Shown: positions 29,680-40,693, counted from the stretch's first letter. The stretch: 64,000 bases of DNA from Rhodothermales bacterium (GCA_965116435.1 OZ220686.1:2036054-2100053), one strand, 5' to 3'. Notes: generated from the letters alone by a model not told the origin. Made by a program: numbers and translations.

Positions 29680-32565
29680 TTATTTCCAGTCCCACCGGTA
29701 CTTGACGCGCGCGTAGTAGAAGGCCCCGTTGAAGCCGAACGGAGTGAACTGTCCGTACTTGTTGCCCACGCCGTCCGCAGCGCCCGGATATTCCTCCGGA
29801 TAGGTGTTCAGCACGTTCTGCGCCCCGAGCGTAAACATCAGGTAGTCCGTGAACGAATGGGACGCCTCGACGTCGAAGAGCATGCGGGACGGGTAGTTGA
29901 TCGTCTTTTCGGGATTCGACTCGTAGTAGGGCGTTTCGCCGTCGTAGTAGCCGTCCCAGTAACTTCCGCGCACCAGTACGCTTGTTCCGTTCGGGAAGGC
30001 ATGCGTGACGGACACGTTTCCGCGCACGTTGGGCAGCCCTTCTTCAAGGATCCGAATCCGGGTGCCGCTCAGGGTTGCTGGTTCGAACTCGGTGACTTCG
30101 GTGGCCGTCCAGTTCCATGCGGCGCTAAACGTCGTGTTGGAGCCGTTCTGGCCAGATACCCGGTAGGCGCCTACGAGATCCAGGCCGCGCGTACGCGTGG
30201 CGAAGTCGTTGATGAAGAAGCGGAACCGCCGGAGTACGCCGCCAGGCCGAATGATGTTTTCGGCCAGCAGATGCTCGACGTCCGCGGCGCTCAGGGCGAA
30301 GTTCTGGCTCGTCGTGAGCCGATCCGACATGTCGATCTGGAAAAAGTCCGCCGAAATGATCAGGGGACCCTGGTCGAACACGGTCCCGAGGGCGAAGTTG
30401 ACGGATTTTTCGGGTTCCAGCGCTTTTCCGCCATACTCCTCGGCCAGCAACGAGGTCGAGGGTATCGTTCCGTTGTTGGTCAGATCCATGATTTCGGGAT
30501 CGTAGATCGTCGAGATGTTGAAGGCGTTCTGCTGCCCCGGCGTGGGCGCGCGGAACCCTGTGCTGACGCTGGCGCGCAATGCCAACGTCTCGGAGAGACC
30601 ATACCGCCCTGCGATTTTCCCGTTGATCGTCGTGCCGAAGTCCGAAAAATTCTCGATGCGGCCCGCTACGCTGACGTTCCAGTCCTGGACGGGATCCTGA
30701 AATTCAATGTCCGAATAGAGCGCGAAATTGCTTCGGTTCCAGTCGCCCTCCGTAAGGGGGCCGAACCCGGTGAAGCCGTTCGAGCCGGGCGTGAAGCCCT
30801 GCGTTGCAAGCGGTCCTTCGACCCAGGATGCCTGGTCGCCGCGCTCGATCTTGAACGTTTCCTGGCGCCACTCGCCGCCGCCCGCGATGTTGACCTGGTC
30901 GTTAAGCGGGTACGAAAGGTCTACGTTCAGGTTGATTTCCTGCTGGTCGTAAACTCCGGGTTTGAAGTACGGCGTACAGCCCTGGTCGGGAACGTGCGGG
31001 GACGCGCCTTCCTTGCTGCACGGCTGATCGGGCCCCAGCGAAGCGTTGACCGTGTTGTACATGTAGAAGTCCATGTTGGACTTGCCCCAGCTTGCGCTGG
31101 CGTCCCAGCCCAGATCCCCCCGGGTTCCCCGGAGACCCACCAGACCGGAGGCGTCCGTCACGTTCGCGCCGAACTGCGGCGTAAAGCCGCCCGGCAAGAT
31201 TTTCTGGAAGGTGAAGCAATTGGGGTTGTTGAGCACCTCGTTCCAGGCCGCCGTGTCCGACACCACGCCGCCGGAAACGCGGACTTCGGGACAGCCGGCC
31301 GAGCCGTCGAGTACGCCGTCCTCTGCATCCAGCAAATCGCCTACGAGCAGGATGGATTCGTCGTCGGCGTTCGAGGTTCCGTACACGCCGCTGCGGGTGT
31401 TCGGATTACGGAAATAGAACCCGCCTTCGACCTGCTTGCTCACGTAGTTTCCGTGGCCGTAGGCTTCCATGTCTTCGTTGATCGGGTGCCCGGCGTTGAC
31501 CCAAAACTTGACCTCGTTGTTTATTTCGGGCGACCCCCAGATCTGCGCGGGTTCGCGCACGGCGGTATTGCCGGCGTTGACGAGGCTGATCGCGTCGTTG
31601 CGCTGCACGCTGCGGTCGGTGGGAAGGGTGTTGCCGAACTCCCCGGTGAGGTTCAGGAAGCCCTCTGCGCCCAGCGGAAGCCCGACGTTGGCCGAGATGG
31701 TGTACATGTCCCCGTCTCCCGGCAGGGCGCCGCGGTCCACCCGGTTACTCGTGTCTCCCAGAAGGTTTCCGCCCGTCTTGATCGCAACAGATCCGCCGGA
31801 CCGGTCGTCCTTGAGCACGAGATTCATCACTCCCGCGATGGCGTCCGAACCGTACTGGGCCGCCGCGCCGTCGCGCAACACTTCTGCCTGCTCCAGGGCC
31901 AGGCCGGGGATAAGCGCAATATCCGGTCCCTGGGCGCCGTCGGCAAGGCCGTTGCCGTACCAGGTGATGACCGCCGTACGGTGCCGCCGCTTGCCGTTGA
32001 CGAGCACCAGCGTATGGTCGGGAGCCAGGCCGCGCAGATTCGCCGGACGGGCGAAGGTCGCGGCGTCGCTGATGGGCTGCGTGTTCACATTGAACGAGGG
32101 CACCACGTTGCGCAACAGGTTGGCGAAGTCCGTATCCCCCTGATTCACGAAATCGTCGCTGCGAATCACGTCGATGGGCACGGGCGATTCCGTAACCGTC
32201 CGGGGCTGCGAGCGGCTGCCAACCACGGCCAGGCCTGCAAGCAGGATCGTGGTTTCGCTCATGGTTGCGTCAACCCGGGTCGTTTCTCCGTCCATGACGG
32301 TGATTTCCATGGAAACCGGCTCGTACCCGAGCAGGCGAAAATCCAGCATATGGGTTCCCGCAGGCGCCTGGCTGATCGAATAGTTTCCGTCGACGTCGGT
32401 CAGATCGCCGACGTTCAATGCCGTGATGGCCACCTGTACGTCGGGCAGGGCCATGCCGTTGTCGTCGCTCACGGTTCCTTCGATCGTCCCTTGCGCAAAA
32501 AGGGAGACGGGCAAAAACACCAAGAGCGCCAAGGCGGTCAATGCGTATCGTATCTGGTTTTTCAT
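29680..32565 (-). CDS. TonB-dependent receptor with N-terminal CarboxypepD_reg-like domain
   Basis: Signal peptide, GTIEGTVSD, VVGSR, plug motifs RGLAPDHTLVLVNGKR and YGSDAIAGV, aromatic C-terminal beta strand. Confidence 0.93.
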   Translation of the reverse strand: MKNQIRYALTALALLVFLPVSLFAQGTIEGTVSDDNGMALPDVQVAITALNVGDLTDVDGNYSISQAPAGTHMLDFRLLGYEPVSMEITVMDGETTRVDATMSETTILLAGLAVVGSRSQPRTVTESPVPIDVIRSDDFVNQGDTDFANLLRNVVPSFNVNTQPISDAATFARPANLRGLAPDHTLVLVNGKRRHRTAVITWYGNGLADGAQGPDIALIPGLALEQAEVLRDGAAAQYGSDAIAGVMNLVLKDDRSGGSVAIKTGGNLLGDTSNRVDRGALPGDGDMYTISANVGLPLGAEGFLNLTGEFGNTLPTDRSVQRNDAISLVNAGNTAVREPAQIWGSPEINNEVKFWVNAGHPINEDMEAYGHGNYVSKQVEGGFYFRNPNTRSGVYGTSNADDESILLVGDLLDAEDGVLDGSAGCPEVRVSGGVVSDTAAWNEVLNNPNCFTFQKILPGGFTPQFGANVTDASGLVGLRGTRGDLGWDASASWGKSNMDFYMYNTVNASLGPDQPCSKEGASPHVPDQGCTPYFKPGVYDQQEINLNVDLSYPLNDQVNIAGGGEWRQETFKIERGDQASWVEGPLATQGFTPGSNGFTGFGPLTEGDWNRSNFALYSDIEFQDPVQDWNVSVAGRIENFSDFGTTINGKIAGRYGLSETLALRASVSTGFRAPTPGQQNAFNISTIYDPEIMDLTNNGTIPSTSLLAEEYGGKALEPEKSVNFALGTVFDQGPLIISADFFQIDMSDRLTTSQNFALSAADVEHLLAENIIRPGGVLRRFRFFINDFATRTRGLDLVGAYRVSGQNGSNTTFSAAWNWTATEVTEFEPATLSGTRIRILEEGLPNVRGNVSVTHAFPNGTSVLVRGSYWDGYYDGETPYYESNPEKTINYPSRMLFDVEASHSFTDYLMFTLGAQNVLNTYPEEYPGAADGVGNKYGQFTPFGFNGAFYYARVKYRWDWK

Positions 32566-32786
32566 AGTCCAAGGCAAGTTTTCCGGGAGATTTGCAACGA
32601 ACGGCGTCGGACCCGCTTCATGCCTGCATACCAGGATGTTCACGAGATCCCGAGACGCTCTGAGAACCTTTCGGAGCCACAGAGCGCCTTGCGCCCTTCG
32701 AAGTACACAGGACAATGTACTGCACCTTAAACTCTATGTCAAGAAGAAATCTGTTCGAAATGCGATCAGGTTCTTTCTGTGAGGCG

Positions 32787-33830
32787 CTATTTTTCCCCGA
32801 AATGCTCGTAGCCGCCGCGCTCGAGCGGCAAGCGCTGGCCGTCCGCCGTTCGCGCCGTGACGTCGCCGTCCGCCGTGCAGCGCCCGATCACCCGGCACGT
32901 TTCCGCATCCATGCGCGAAACCTCCTCGCGGGACGCCGCGAAAAGCAATTCGTAATCTTCCCCGCCAAACAGCGCGAAGACGGCGGCGTCTTCGCCGAGG
33001 GATTCGGCGGCGGCGTACGTTTCCGGGGCAATGGGCAGCGCCTCCAGAAACAATTCGGCGCCGCACCCGCTGGCGCGGCAGATATGGCGTACGTCCGATC
33101 CGAGGCCGTCCGAAAGGTCGATGAGGGCGTTCGGCCTGGCGCCGCGGGTCGCCCAGTCCCGCACCACGTCCAGGCGGGCGCGCGGGACCAGTTGTCGCTG
33201 AATCACATAGCGGTACGGATCGATATCCGGCGCAAATTCCGCGCCCTTTTCCTGGAGTTTCCGGCGTTGCTCCAGCAGGATCCGGAGTCCGGCGAAGGCG
33301 CCTCCAAGATCGCCCGTCGTACACAACAAGTCTCCGGGAACGGCTCCCCGGCGATGCGCGATAGCCGCCTCGTCCGCCTCGCCCACGACGGTTACGGAAA
33401 TCGTCAGGCGGGCGGCTGCAGTCGTATCGCCGCCCACGACCGTCACGCCGTACAGATCGCACGCCTTCCGTACGCCCCGGTAAAACCCCTCGACCTGCTC
33501 GACGAACATGTTTTCCGGCGCGCCCAGTCCGATCGTCGCATACCGCGGCTCGGCGTTCATGGCGGCAATGTCGCTTACGTTGACAGCCATGGCCTTCGCG
33601 CCGAGGTATTCCATGGGCATGAGGAGGCGGTCGAAATGGACGCCCTCGACCAGCATATCGGTGGCGACGACATGTACGCGTTGTCCGTCGATGCGGTACA
33701 CGGCGGCGTCGTCCGAAATGCCGGTTACGAGCGCTTCGTCGGAAGGCTCGCCGAGAATGCGGCGCATGGCGTCGATCAGCCCAAACTCGCCGTACTCACG
33801 GATGGGCGTCCAGGACGAATCGTTGTGCAT
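32787..33830 (-). CDS. thiL: Thiamine-monophosphate kinase
   Basis: GEFGLI, GISDDAAV, VNVSDIAAM, GGDT, IDLSDGL, GGEDYELLF. Confidence 0.95.
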   Translation of the reverse strand: MHNDSSWTPIREYGEFGLIDAMRRILGEPSDEALVTGISDDAAVYRIDGQRVHVVATDMLVEGVHFDRLLMPMEYLGAKAMAVNVSDIAAMNAEPRYATIGLGAPENMFVEQVEGFYRGVRKACDLYGVTVVGGDTTAAARLTISVTVVGEADEAAIAHRRGAVPGDLLCTTGDLGGAFAGLRILLEQRRKLQEKGAEFAPDIDPYRYVIQRQLVPRARLDVVRDWATRGARPNALIDLSDGLGSDVRHICRASGCGAELFLEALPIAPETYAAAESLGEDAAVFALFGGEDYELLFAASREEVSRMDAETCRVIGRCTADGDVTARTADGQRLPLERGGYEHFGEK

Positions 33831-33846
33831 CGGAGTATCCTCGAAA

Positions 33847-35043
33847 CTACGCGGGAATGCAGAGTTTGCCGAGCGTCGTGCCCCGGGACGCGCCGGTCAC
33901 TGAAGGCAGGTTCGTTTCCGCGCCGTTTATGGCTTCGTGGGCCAGTATGGCGAAGCACAGCGCTTCCTTGGCTTCGGAAGGAATGCCGTATGCTTCGATG
34001 GCCCGGACGGGGATCGGGGCAAACACATGGGCCAGGCGATCCATCAGGAAACGGTTGCGCACCCCGCCGCCGGAAACGATGAGTGCGTCCAGCGCGTGGG
34101 CATGGCGGATGAAACGGGCATAGGCCTGATAGACGGATAGCACGGTCAGCATCGTTCCCGTGGCGAGAATATCTTCCGGATCCGGGCAGTCCATGGCGTC
34201 GCGGCACTGCTGCGCAAGCTGTTCGGCGAACAAGGCGCCGAAATATTCGCGTCCGGTAGATTTGGGCGGCTTCCGGGTAAAATACGCATCTTTCAGCAAG
34301 GCCGCCATGACTCCGTCGTCCGTGCGTCCTGCGGCGGCGCGGCGGCCCTCGTCGTCGTACGGTTCGTTGAACAACATGGCCGCAAGCGCATCGATCGCCA
34401 TGTTGCCCGGCCCCGTGTCGAACGCGAATACGTTGCTTCGATCCGCTCCGGCAGGAAGAATCGTGATGTTGGCGATGCCCCCGAGGTTGAGCAAGCCGCG
34501 CGTTTCCCGTTCGTCGCGGAAACACACATAATCGAAATACGGGACGAGCGGGGCGCCTTGTCCGCCCAGCGCCATGTCCGCCATCCGAAAATCGCCCGCC
34601 ACGGGAACGCGCAGCAGGTTGGCCAGCACCGACGGGTCGCCGACCTGCAACGTGGACATGATTTCCTGGCCGCCGCAATCCGTCGGATACGGCACATGAT
34701 GAATCGTCTGGCCGTGTACGCCCACGAGGTCCAGATCGGATACGGCGTATCTGGACGCGGCGGCGACGCGCTCGACCGATTCGGCGTAGGCATGCGCAAG
34801 GCGGACATTCAACTGGGAAATGTCGAACACGGTCGAATGCACGAGCGTCGAGTTCGCCAGAATAACTCGCCGGAGCGCGTCGGGCCAGGGCGTGTGGTCG
34901 AATCCGAGGATTTCGAATGCGATTTCCTCCCCGGATCCTTCGAGACGGGTCAGTACGGCGTCTACGCCGTCCAGCGACGTGCCGCTCATCAACCCGACCA
35001 CGAGCCGGGATTCCTTGGCCTGCACCTGGCGAAGTCGCTGCAT
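33847..35043 (-). CDS. anmK: Anhydro-N-acetylmuramic acid kinase
   Basis: GLMSGTSLDGVD, HGQT, GGQGAPLVP, NLGGIAN, FDTGPGN. Confidence 0.96.
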   Translation of the reverse strand: MQRLRQVQAKESRLVVGLMSGTSLDGVDAVLTRLEGSGEEIAFEILGFDHTPWPDALRRVILANSTLVHSTVFDISQLNVRLAHAYAESVERVAAASRYAVSDLDLVGVHGQTIHHVPYPTDCGGQEIMSTLQVGDPSVLANLLRVPVAGDFRMADMALGGQGAPLVPYFDYVCFRDERETRGLLNLGGIANITILPAGADRSNVFAFDTGPGNMAIDALAAMLFNEPYDDEGRRAAAGRTDDGVMAALLKDAYFTRKPPKSTGREYFGALFAEQLAQQCRDAMDCPDPEDILATGTMLTVLSVYQAYARFIRHAHALDALIVSGGGVRNRFLMDRLAHVFAPIPVRAIEAYGIPSEAKEALCFAILAHEAINGAETNLPSVTGASRGTTLGKLCIPA

Positions 35044-35049
35044 ACCGGT

Positions 35050-35586
35050 TCAGTCCTCTGCTTCTCTGGATCGCATCTGGAGCGCCTGCTCCCGGAAGGC
35101 CGTCGCTTGTTCGGGGCGCTGTTCGGCCAGCGCGTCGTACATGCGCGCCGCTTCTCCGTACTGTTTCTGCGCGGCGTAAATACCGGCCAGGGTTTCGCTG
35201 GCCACATCGTCGATGTCGATGTCGAGGTCCCGGGAGGGCAGGGAGGGCGCATCAGGGGAGGGAACGATGCGCGCCGACGCCAGACGGGCAATGAGGCTGT
35301 CGATATCTGAAAAGGGGTCCGTTTCCTGCGGCGGCGCATGTACTTTCCGGGCGGCGTTCGCCAGTCCGCGGAACGCCACGGGGCTGGTCGGCGCCAGACG
35401 CACCGCTTCGCGCCAGCCCTGTAGCGCACGGTTCCATGCCCCCAGTTCCTCCTGCGCCCGGGCCCATACGATATGCGCGGCGGCGTATTCCGGCAGTCGG
35501 TCCAGCGTCGCCTCGAGCAACGCGGCCGCCTGTTCGGCGTCGCCCGCCTCAAGACAGGCGACCGCTTGTTGAATATCCGTCGTCAC
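35050..35586 (-). CDS. Tetratricopeptide repeat protein
   Basis: TPR-like helices and C-terminal SETLAGIYAAQ...A...Y..L. GTG start inferred. Confidence 0.75.
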   Translation of the reverse strand: MTTDIQQAVACLEAGDAEQAAALLEATLDRLPEYAAAHIVWARAQEELGAWNRALQGWREAVRLAPTSPVAFRGLANAARKVHAPPQETDPFSDIDSLIARLASARIVPSPDAPSLPSRDLDIDIDDVASETLAGIYAAQKQYGEAARMYDALAEQRPEQATAFREQALQMRSREAED

Positions 35587-35605
35587 AGGCACGAGGCCGA
35601 GGGCC

Positions 35606-37084
35606 TTACTGGATGGATTTTGTACGAGTTTCCCGGAATGTCGCGGTAGCGACCAGCACGAATCCCGCCGCAAAAAGCAGCTGAAAAGCGACGGCGTCCC
35701 ATTGCCCGGTCATCAGAAGATACGCTACGCCCGCCGTTGAATAGACCCCCATGGCGATTTCCAGCGGGTATGCTATGCGAAGCGCCGCCGATCCGCCCGG
35801 ACGGCGGCGCAAACGGCCCGTCGCCGTCCGGTTTCCAGCGGCGACGGTTCCGAACTTGGGCGTACGCACGAACGGCGAGGATATGCCCGCAAACGCTTCG
35901 ACCACCGCAATCGTGTTCCGGATGGACATGCCGACCGTACCGGCCATGAACACCGGAAGGACGCCGAGGCGCCGCGGCCAGTCGGCATACAACCGACGCT
36001 GCGCAAAAACCTGCGCCAGCGCGAACCCGGCGAACCCGATCGATCCCAGCGCCAACCAGCCGAGCCATGCCTCGCTTGGCCCGCCGGCGTGCGTGGCCGC
36101 CTGCATGGGCGCATGCAGCACGCCGGCAAGCAGCACGAAGGGGAACACCAGATGGGCCGTCATATGCAATGTGCCTTGCACCTTTCGGCGGAAGGATTCC
36201 CGGGACGCCCAGAGGGTTCGCAGCAACTTGCGGGCGGTTTCTACGGATCCTTTCGTCCAGCGAAACTGCTGGGTTCGCACGCCTTCGAAGGTGGACGGAA
36301 GTTCGGCGGGCACTTCGACGTCGCCCATGAATTCGATGCTCCATCCCGCCAGCTGCGCTCGGTAGCTCAGGTCGAGGTCCTCGGCAATGGTGTCGGCTTG
36401 CCATCCGCCTGCGTCCACGATGGCCGCGCGGCGCCACACGCCCGCCGTTCCGTTGAAATGCAAAAAGCAGTCGGCGCGGCGGCGGGCCAACTGCTCCACG
36501 GCGAAATGGGTATCCAGCCCCACAGCCTGGATGCGCGTAAGCAGGGATGCATTCTGGTTGAGATGGCCCCATCGCGCTTGCACGGCGCCCAGGCGCTCGC
36601 GGGCGAAGGCGGGCATGAGGCGGCGCAGAAAATCCGGGCGGGGCACGAAATCGGCGTCGAACACGGCCACAAAGTCGCCCTCGGCCTGCGTCAGCCCGTA
36701 GCGCAGGGCCCCGGCCTTGTACCCCTCCCGATTCGGACGACGAAGATGCACGATCCGAACGCCTCGGGAAGCTATGGCGGCCATGCGGCGGGCCACCAGG
36801 CGGGGCGTATCGTCCGTGGAATCGTCCAGCACTTGTATTTCGAACCGGTCCGGCGGATAATCCAGCCGTACGCAGGCGTCGATCAGCCGTTCGACCACGA
36901 GCGGTTCGTTGAAAACGGGCAATTGCACCGTGACGAACGGCCAGACAAACGACCGGTCGGGAGGCGGCGCCGGCGACGGGTCCGGCGCAAGGCGCCCTGC
37001 GCCGGCGGACCGCTTGCACAACCACAGCAGGTTGGCGCCGTACAGCGTCAATACGGCAATCGCTATCGCATACAGAATCGCCAC
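35606..37084 (-). CDS. Glycosyltransferase family 2 (cellulose-synthase-like), membrane
   Basis: VTVQLPVFNE, DDSTD, GYKAGAL, FDADF, AEDLDLS, QQFRW. Confidence 0.92.
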   Translation of the reverse strand: MAILYAIAIAVLTLYGANLLWLCKRSAGAGRLAPDPSPAPPPDRSFVWPFVTVQLPVFNEPLVVERLIDACVRLDYPPDRFEIQVLDDSTDDTPRLVARRMAAIASRGVRIVHLRRPNREGYKAGALRYGLTQAEGDFVAVFDADFVPRPDFLRRLMPAFARERLGAVQARWGHLNQNASLLTRIQAVGLDTHFAVEQLARRRADCFLHFNGTAGVWRRAAIVDAGGWQADTIAEDLDLSYRAQLAGWSIEFMGDVEVPAELPSTFEGVRTQQFRWTKGSVETARKLLRTLWASRESFRRKVQGTLHMTAHLVFPFVLLAGVLHAPMQAATHAGGPSEAWLGWLALGSIGFAGFALAQVFAQRRLYADWPRRLGVLPVFMAGTVGMSIRNTIAVVEAFAGISSPFVRTPKFGTVAAGNRTATGRLRRRPGGSAALRIAYPLEIAMGVYSTAGVAYLLMTGQWDAVAFQLLFAAGFVLVATATFRETRTKSIQ

Positions 37085-37117
37085 GCCGGACAGGGTTTCG
37101 ATAGGATATCTTCTGGA

Positions 37118-37651
37118 CTACCAGTTGGAGGTGGCCGCCTGGAACATGTCGTCGGCGATGTCGTCGAGCGCTTCGGACGCGGCTTCTTCCTCGCCGGTAA
37201 AATCGGACGGATCGTATTCCAGCGACGCGGAGAAACTACGCTCGAAAATCTCCTGGTCCTCCACGCGGTCCGCGTAGCGCGCGGACACCGTAATGGAAAG
37301 CTGGTTCAAGGCGGCCCGGTATTCGCCCCCCACCGCGGCGGGGCGCACGGAATACTGCCGGATTTCTGCGCTGAGCACCACATCGGCTTCCGTTTCGTCG
37401 GTTTCCAGCTCCAGGCGGGTTTGCCGCACGAAGCGCTGGACGAGGCGTTCGGTCAGGAGGCCCCCGAGGTCGGGGATCGGGTTGGACGTAGCGTCTTCCG
37501 CCAGCGGAATGGCGACCGTCCCGAGGTGTTCCGGAATGGAAGCGCCCGTGAAGCTATAATATCCGCAGCCTGTAGACAGCAGGGCGAACGCCGCCGCGAA
37601 GCATGCGGCGGGCATACGCAAGAAAGGATGCAGGCGGCGCCGGGACGTCAC
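37118..37651 (-). CDS. lptE: LptE-like LPS assembly lipoprotein
   Basis: Lipobox LSTGC followed by YSFTGASIP, C-terminal ..NW. GTG start overlaps the upstream stop (GTGA). Confidence 0.8.
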   Translation of the reverse strand: MTSRRRLHPFLRMPAACFAAAFALLSTGCGYYSFTGASIPEHLGTVAIPLAEDATSNPIPDLGGLLTERLVQRFVRQTRLELETDETEADVVLSAEIRQYSVRPAAVGGEYRAALNQLSITVSARYADRVEDQEIFERSFSASLEYDPSDFTGEEEAASEALDDIADDMFQAATSNW

Positions 37652-38952
37652 AAATCCTCCTCGAATTCTTTCAGCTTGCGGTAGAGGGTGCGTTCCGAAA
37701 TGCCGAGCTTTCGCGCCGCTTGACGGCGATTCCCGTTGAATGTCTTGAGGGCGCGCGTGATCAGCCGGCGTTCCGCCTCGGCCAGCGTAGGGAACGTTTC
37801 TTCCTGGGCTTCTTCCAGGGCTTCTTTTTTGGCCTCTTCGTGCGCTTCGGCCATCTCTTCTTCGAGCGCAGCGGGAGGCGGTTCCGGTTCCTGCGCATCC
37901 CGTCCTTCGCCGTCCGGTTCGTCGCTTCGCCATAGGAGCGCATCCGGATCGCTTTCTATTTCGTAGGGCACCTCCTCGATTCGCGGGGGATATGCGTCCG
38001 ATTCGTCCCCGGATACGCCGCCGCGTCGCTTCAGCTCCTCCCACATCCGCCGCACTTGCGAACGCAGTTCGAACAATGCGCGATAGATCATTTCGCGTTC
38101 GCGGGCGTCTATCGAATTTCCGGCCGAGTTGTGCACGACGGGCAACAAGGCCGAACGGTCCTGCTCCGTGCGCACCCCGCGCAGATACGGGCGGATCTCT
38201 TCGGCGGTTACCTCCTTGCTTCGGACAAGCACTTCGATTTGTTCCGCCACATTGCTCAGTTCGCGCACGTTGCCGGGCCAGCGATAGCGCCGGAGCAACT
38301 CGCGGGCGTCGGCGGAAAGCTGCTTCACCGGGCTATCGTACTTCTGTGCAAAGCGCCGCAGAAACGTTTCGAGGAGCGGGAAAATGTCTTCCGGGCGTTG
38401 CCGCAGCGGCGGCATCTCGACGAGCACCGTGCTGAGCCGGTAATACAGGTCCTCCCGAAACCGCCCGGCGCGGACTTCCTGGGCCAGGTCTTTGTTCGTG
38501 GCCGCCACAATGCGCACATCGACCTTGCGGAGCTTCGAGGCGCCGACCCGGGTAAATTCCCCGGATTCCAGCACGCGCAGCAGGCGTACCTGCGCGGCGG
38601 GCGGCATTTCCCCGATTTCGTCCAGGAAGATGGAGCTCCGGTCGGAATCTTCGAAATACCCTGTGCGCCGCTCGACGGCGCCCGTATAGGCTCCTTTCTC
38701 CGCGCCGAACAATTCCGACTCGATGAGCCCTTCCGGGATGGCGCCGCAGTTGACAATGTTGAGCGGATGGTGCCGACGGGCGCTGAGTCCATGAATCGCC
38801 GCGGCGATCAGTTCCTTTCCCGTGCCGCTCTCCCCCTGAATAAGCACGGTGATGTCGGTGCGGGCCACTTGCCGCACGCGGTCTATGACGTTTCGCAACG
38901 CCGCCGACCGGCCTACGATGCCGAAACGCTCCTGTATCGATTCCCGGTCCAT
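37648..38952 (-). CDS. Sigma-54-dependent Fis-family activator without receiver domain
   Basis: GESGTGKE, ESELFG..KGAYTGA, FLDEIGE, WPGNVREL, C-terminal HTH LGISERTLYRK. Confidence 0.93.
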   Translation of the reverse strand: MDRESIQERFGIVGRSAALRNVIDRVRQVARTDITVLIQGESGTGKELIAAAIHGLSARRHHPLNIVNCGAIPEGLIESELFGAEKGAYTGAVERRTGYFEDSDRSSIFLDEIGEMPPAAQVRLLRVLESGEFTRVGASKLRKVDVRIVAATNKDLAQEVRAGRFREDLYYRLSTVLVEMPPLRQRPEDIFPLLETFLRRFAQKYDSPVKQLSADARELLRRYRWPGNVRELSNVAEQIEVLVRSKEVTAEEIRPYLRGVRTEQDRSALLPVVHNSAGNSIDAREREMIYRALFELRSQVRRMWEELKRRGGVSGDESDAYPPRIEEVPYEIESDPDALLWRSDEPDGEGRDAQEPEPPPAALEEEMAEAHEEAKKEALEEAQEETFPTLAEAERRLITRALKTFNGNRRQAARKLGISERTLYRKLKEFEEDL

Positions 38953-38955
38953 CGG

Positions 38956-40479
38956 TTACGCAGCGGCTGTGGCGGCGCATTCGAGCAGGGTCGTGCGGCC
39001 AAGCGGGACGGCCAGGAGCGTGGCGGACGTGCATTCGGTGATGCGCACGCGCACATAGTCGCCCGGCTCGTACGTTTCGCGGTCGAACACGACCATCTTG
39101 TTTGTGTCCGTGCGTCCGCAAAGCTGCCGGGCGCTACGTTTGCTTTCGCCCTCGACGAGCGCCACATGCTCGCGGCCAATCTCTTCGCGGTTTCTCTCCA
39201 GCGAAATGCGCTGCTGCAGGGCGATGATTTCGCCGAGGCGCCGCTTCTTGACGTCGTCGGGAATATCGTCCTGGTACTTCCGGGCCGCATAGGTGTCCGG
39301 GCGCTCGGAATACATGAACGTATAGGCGTAATCGTAGCGCACCTCTTCCATCAGCGAGAGCGTGTCCCGGTGTTGCGCTTCGGTTTCTCCGCAAAAACCG
39401 GCGATAATGTCTGTGGAAAGCGAAAGGCCTGGCGTCAGTGCCCGCGCCCGTTCGACGAGGCGCAGGTATTCGTCCCGGGAATACGTGCGGCGCATGCGTT
39501 CGAGCACCTCCGAATTGCCGTGTTGCACCGGGAGATGGATATAGTTGCACACGTTGGGCCGTTCGCGGTGCACATGCAGCAAATCGTCGCTGCAATCCTT
39601 CGGATGACTGGTCGAATAGCGTATCCGCAGTTCCGGCGAAACGAAACTGATCCGTCGGAGCAATTCGGCGAAATCGACGCGTACGCCATCTTCCTCAAAC
39701 CGATACGAATTCACGTTCTGCCCGAGGACGGTGACTTCCTTGTACCCCGCCTCCGCCAGCTGGGCGCACTCGGAGAGGATGCTGGCCGCCGGACGGCTGC
39801 GCTCGCGCCCTCGCGTGAACGGCACGACGCAGAAGGAACACATGTTGTCGCATCCCCGCATGATGGACACGAATGCCGATACGCCGTTCGTATCGTAGCG
39901 GACCGGCGCAATGTCGGCGTACGTTTCTTCCCGGGAGAGCTGCACGTTGACGGCGGCCTGCCCGGTTTCGTCTGTCTCGTGGAGCAGGCGGGGCAGATCG
40001 CGGTACGCATCCGGCCCCACCACGAGATCGACCAGACGCTCTTCTTCCAGTAACCGGGCGCGCAAGCGCTCGGCCATGCAGCCGAGCACGCCCAGGCGAA
40101 GGGCAGGCGCACCCGATCCGCTGCGGCTCGCCTGTTTGCGCCGCTGGAAATCCCGCAAGCGCCGCCGCACTTTCTGCTCGGCGTTTTCCCGGATGGCGCA
40201 CGTATTCAGCAGCACCACGTCGGCCTCGTCTGCATTGCGGGTGAGGCCGAATCCGTTTTCCCGCAGCACGGACGCCACGATCTCGGAATCCGAAACATTC
40301 ATCTGGCACCCGTACGTCTCGATATACACCCGGCGATACCCCTCGGCTTCCATGGAGGTCCTGCGCGCCTGGTCGAGTTCTTCGGGAGTCCAGGAGGCCC
40401 CGGCACGACCCTTGGCGGAGGGGCGGTCCAGGTCCTCCGTCATGTCGTCCAGAATCTCAAGGTCGGAAATCAGCGGCAT
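38956..40479 (-). CDS. miaB: tRNA-i6A37 methylthiotransferase
   Basis: [28 protein letters not shown] radical SAM motif, C-terminal TRAM domain. Confidence 0.97.
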   Translation of the reverse strand: MPLISDLEILDDMTEDLDRPSAKGRAGASWTPEELDQARRTSMEAEGYRRVYIETYGCQMNVSDSEIVASVLRENGFGLTRNADEADVVLLNTCAIRENAEQKVRRRLRDFQRRKQASRSGSGAPALRLGVLGCMAERLRARLLEEERLVDLVVGPDAYRDLPRLLHETDETGQAAVNVQLSREETYADIAPVRYDTNGVSAFVSIMRGCDNMCSFCVVPFTRGRERSRPAASILSECAQLAEAGYKEVTVLGQNVNSYRFEEDGVRVDFAELLRRISFVSPELRIRYSTSHPKDCSDDLLHVHRERPNVCNYIHLPVQHGNSEVLERMRRTYSRDEYLRLVERARALTPGLSLSTDIIAGFCGETEAQHRDTLSLMEEVRYDYAYTFMYSERPDTYAARKYQDDIPDDVKKRRLGEIIALQQRISLERNREEIGREHVALVEGESKRSARQLCGRTDTNKMVVFDRETYEPGDYVRVRITECTSATLLAVPLGRTTLLECAATAAA

Positions 40480-40574
40480 GGCTGTTTTCGGGTGGGGTGG
40501 CGAGGCGGGGAACGTTTGGCGAAAGGCCGCAGAAGCAACGTTTCGATATCTTGGGTAACGCTATCTAACGCGGG

Positions 40575-40647
40575 CTGCCCTGCCAGGATTCGAACCTGGA
40601 ACCCCCTGATCCAGAGTCAGGTGCTCTGCCAATTGAGCTACAGGGCA
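40575..40647 (-). tRNA. tRNA-Gln (CTG)
   Basis: TGCCCTGTAGCTCAATTGGCAGAGCACCTGA-CT-CTG-GA-TCAGG...GGTTCGAATCC...CAGGGCAG. Confidence 0.96.
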
Positions 40648-40670
40648 AGATATTTCAGCAGGATATTTGA

Positions 40671-40693
40671 GCATGCGCTGATCTTTGCGGACG
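40671..40693. repeat. Half copy of the 37-bp unit
   Basis: GCATGCGCTGATCTTTGCGGAC is the reverse complement of the loop plus arm seen at 40816 and 21068. Confidence 0.55.

Noticed and set aside
29596-32730. Very long antisense ORFs (also 11381-13879, 15026-17509, 38056-40053, 46926-48944)
   Set aside because: Shadow frames opposite well-supported genes in high-GC DNA, with no recognisable motifs.
37648-38952. Sigma-54 activator without a sensory domain
   Set aside because: It is part of the commonly conserved miaB-activator-lptE cluster of Bacteroidota-related genomes.
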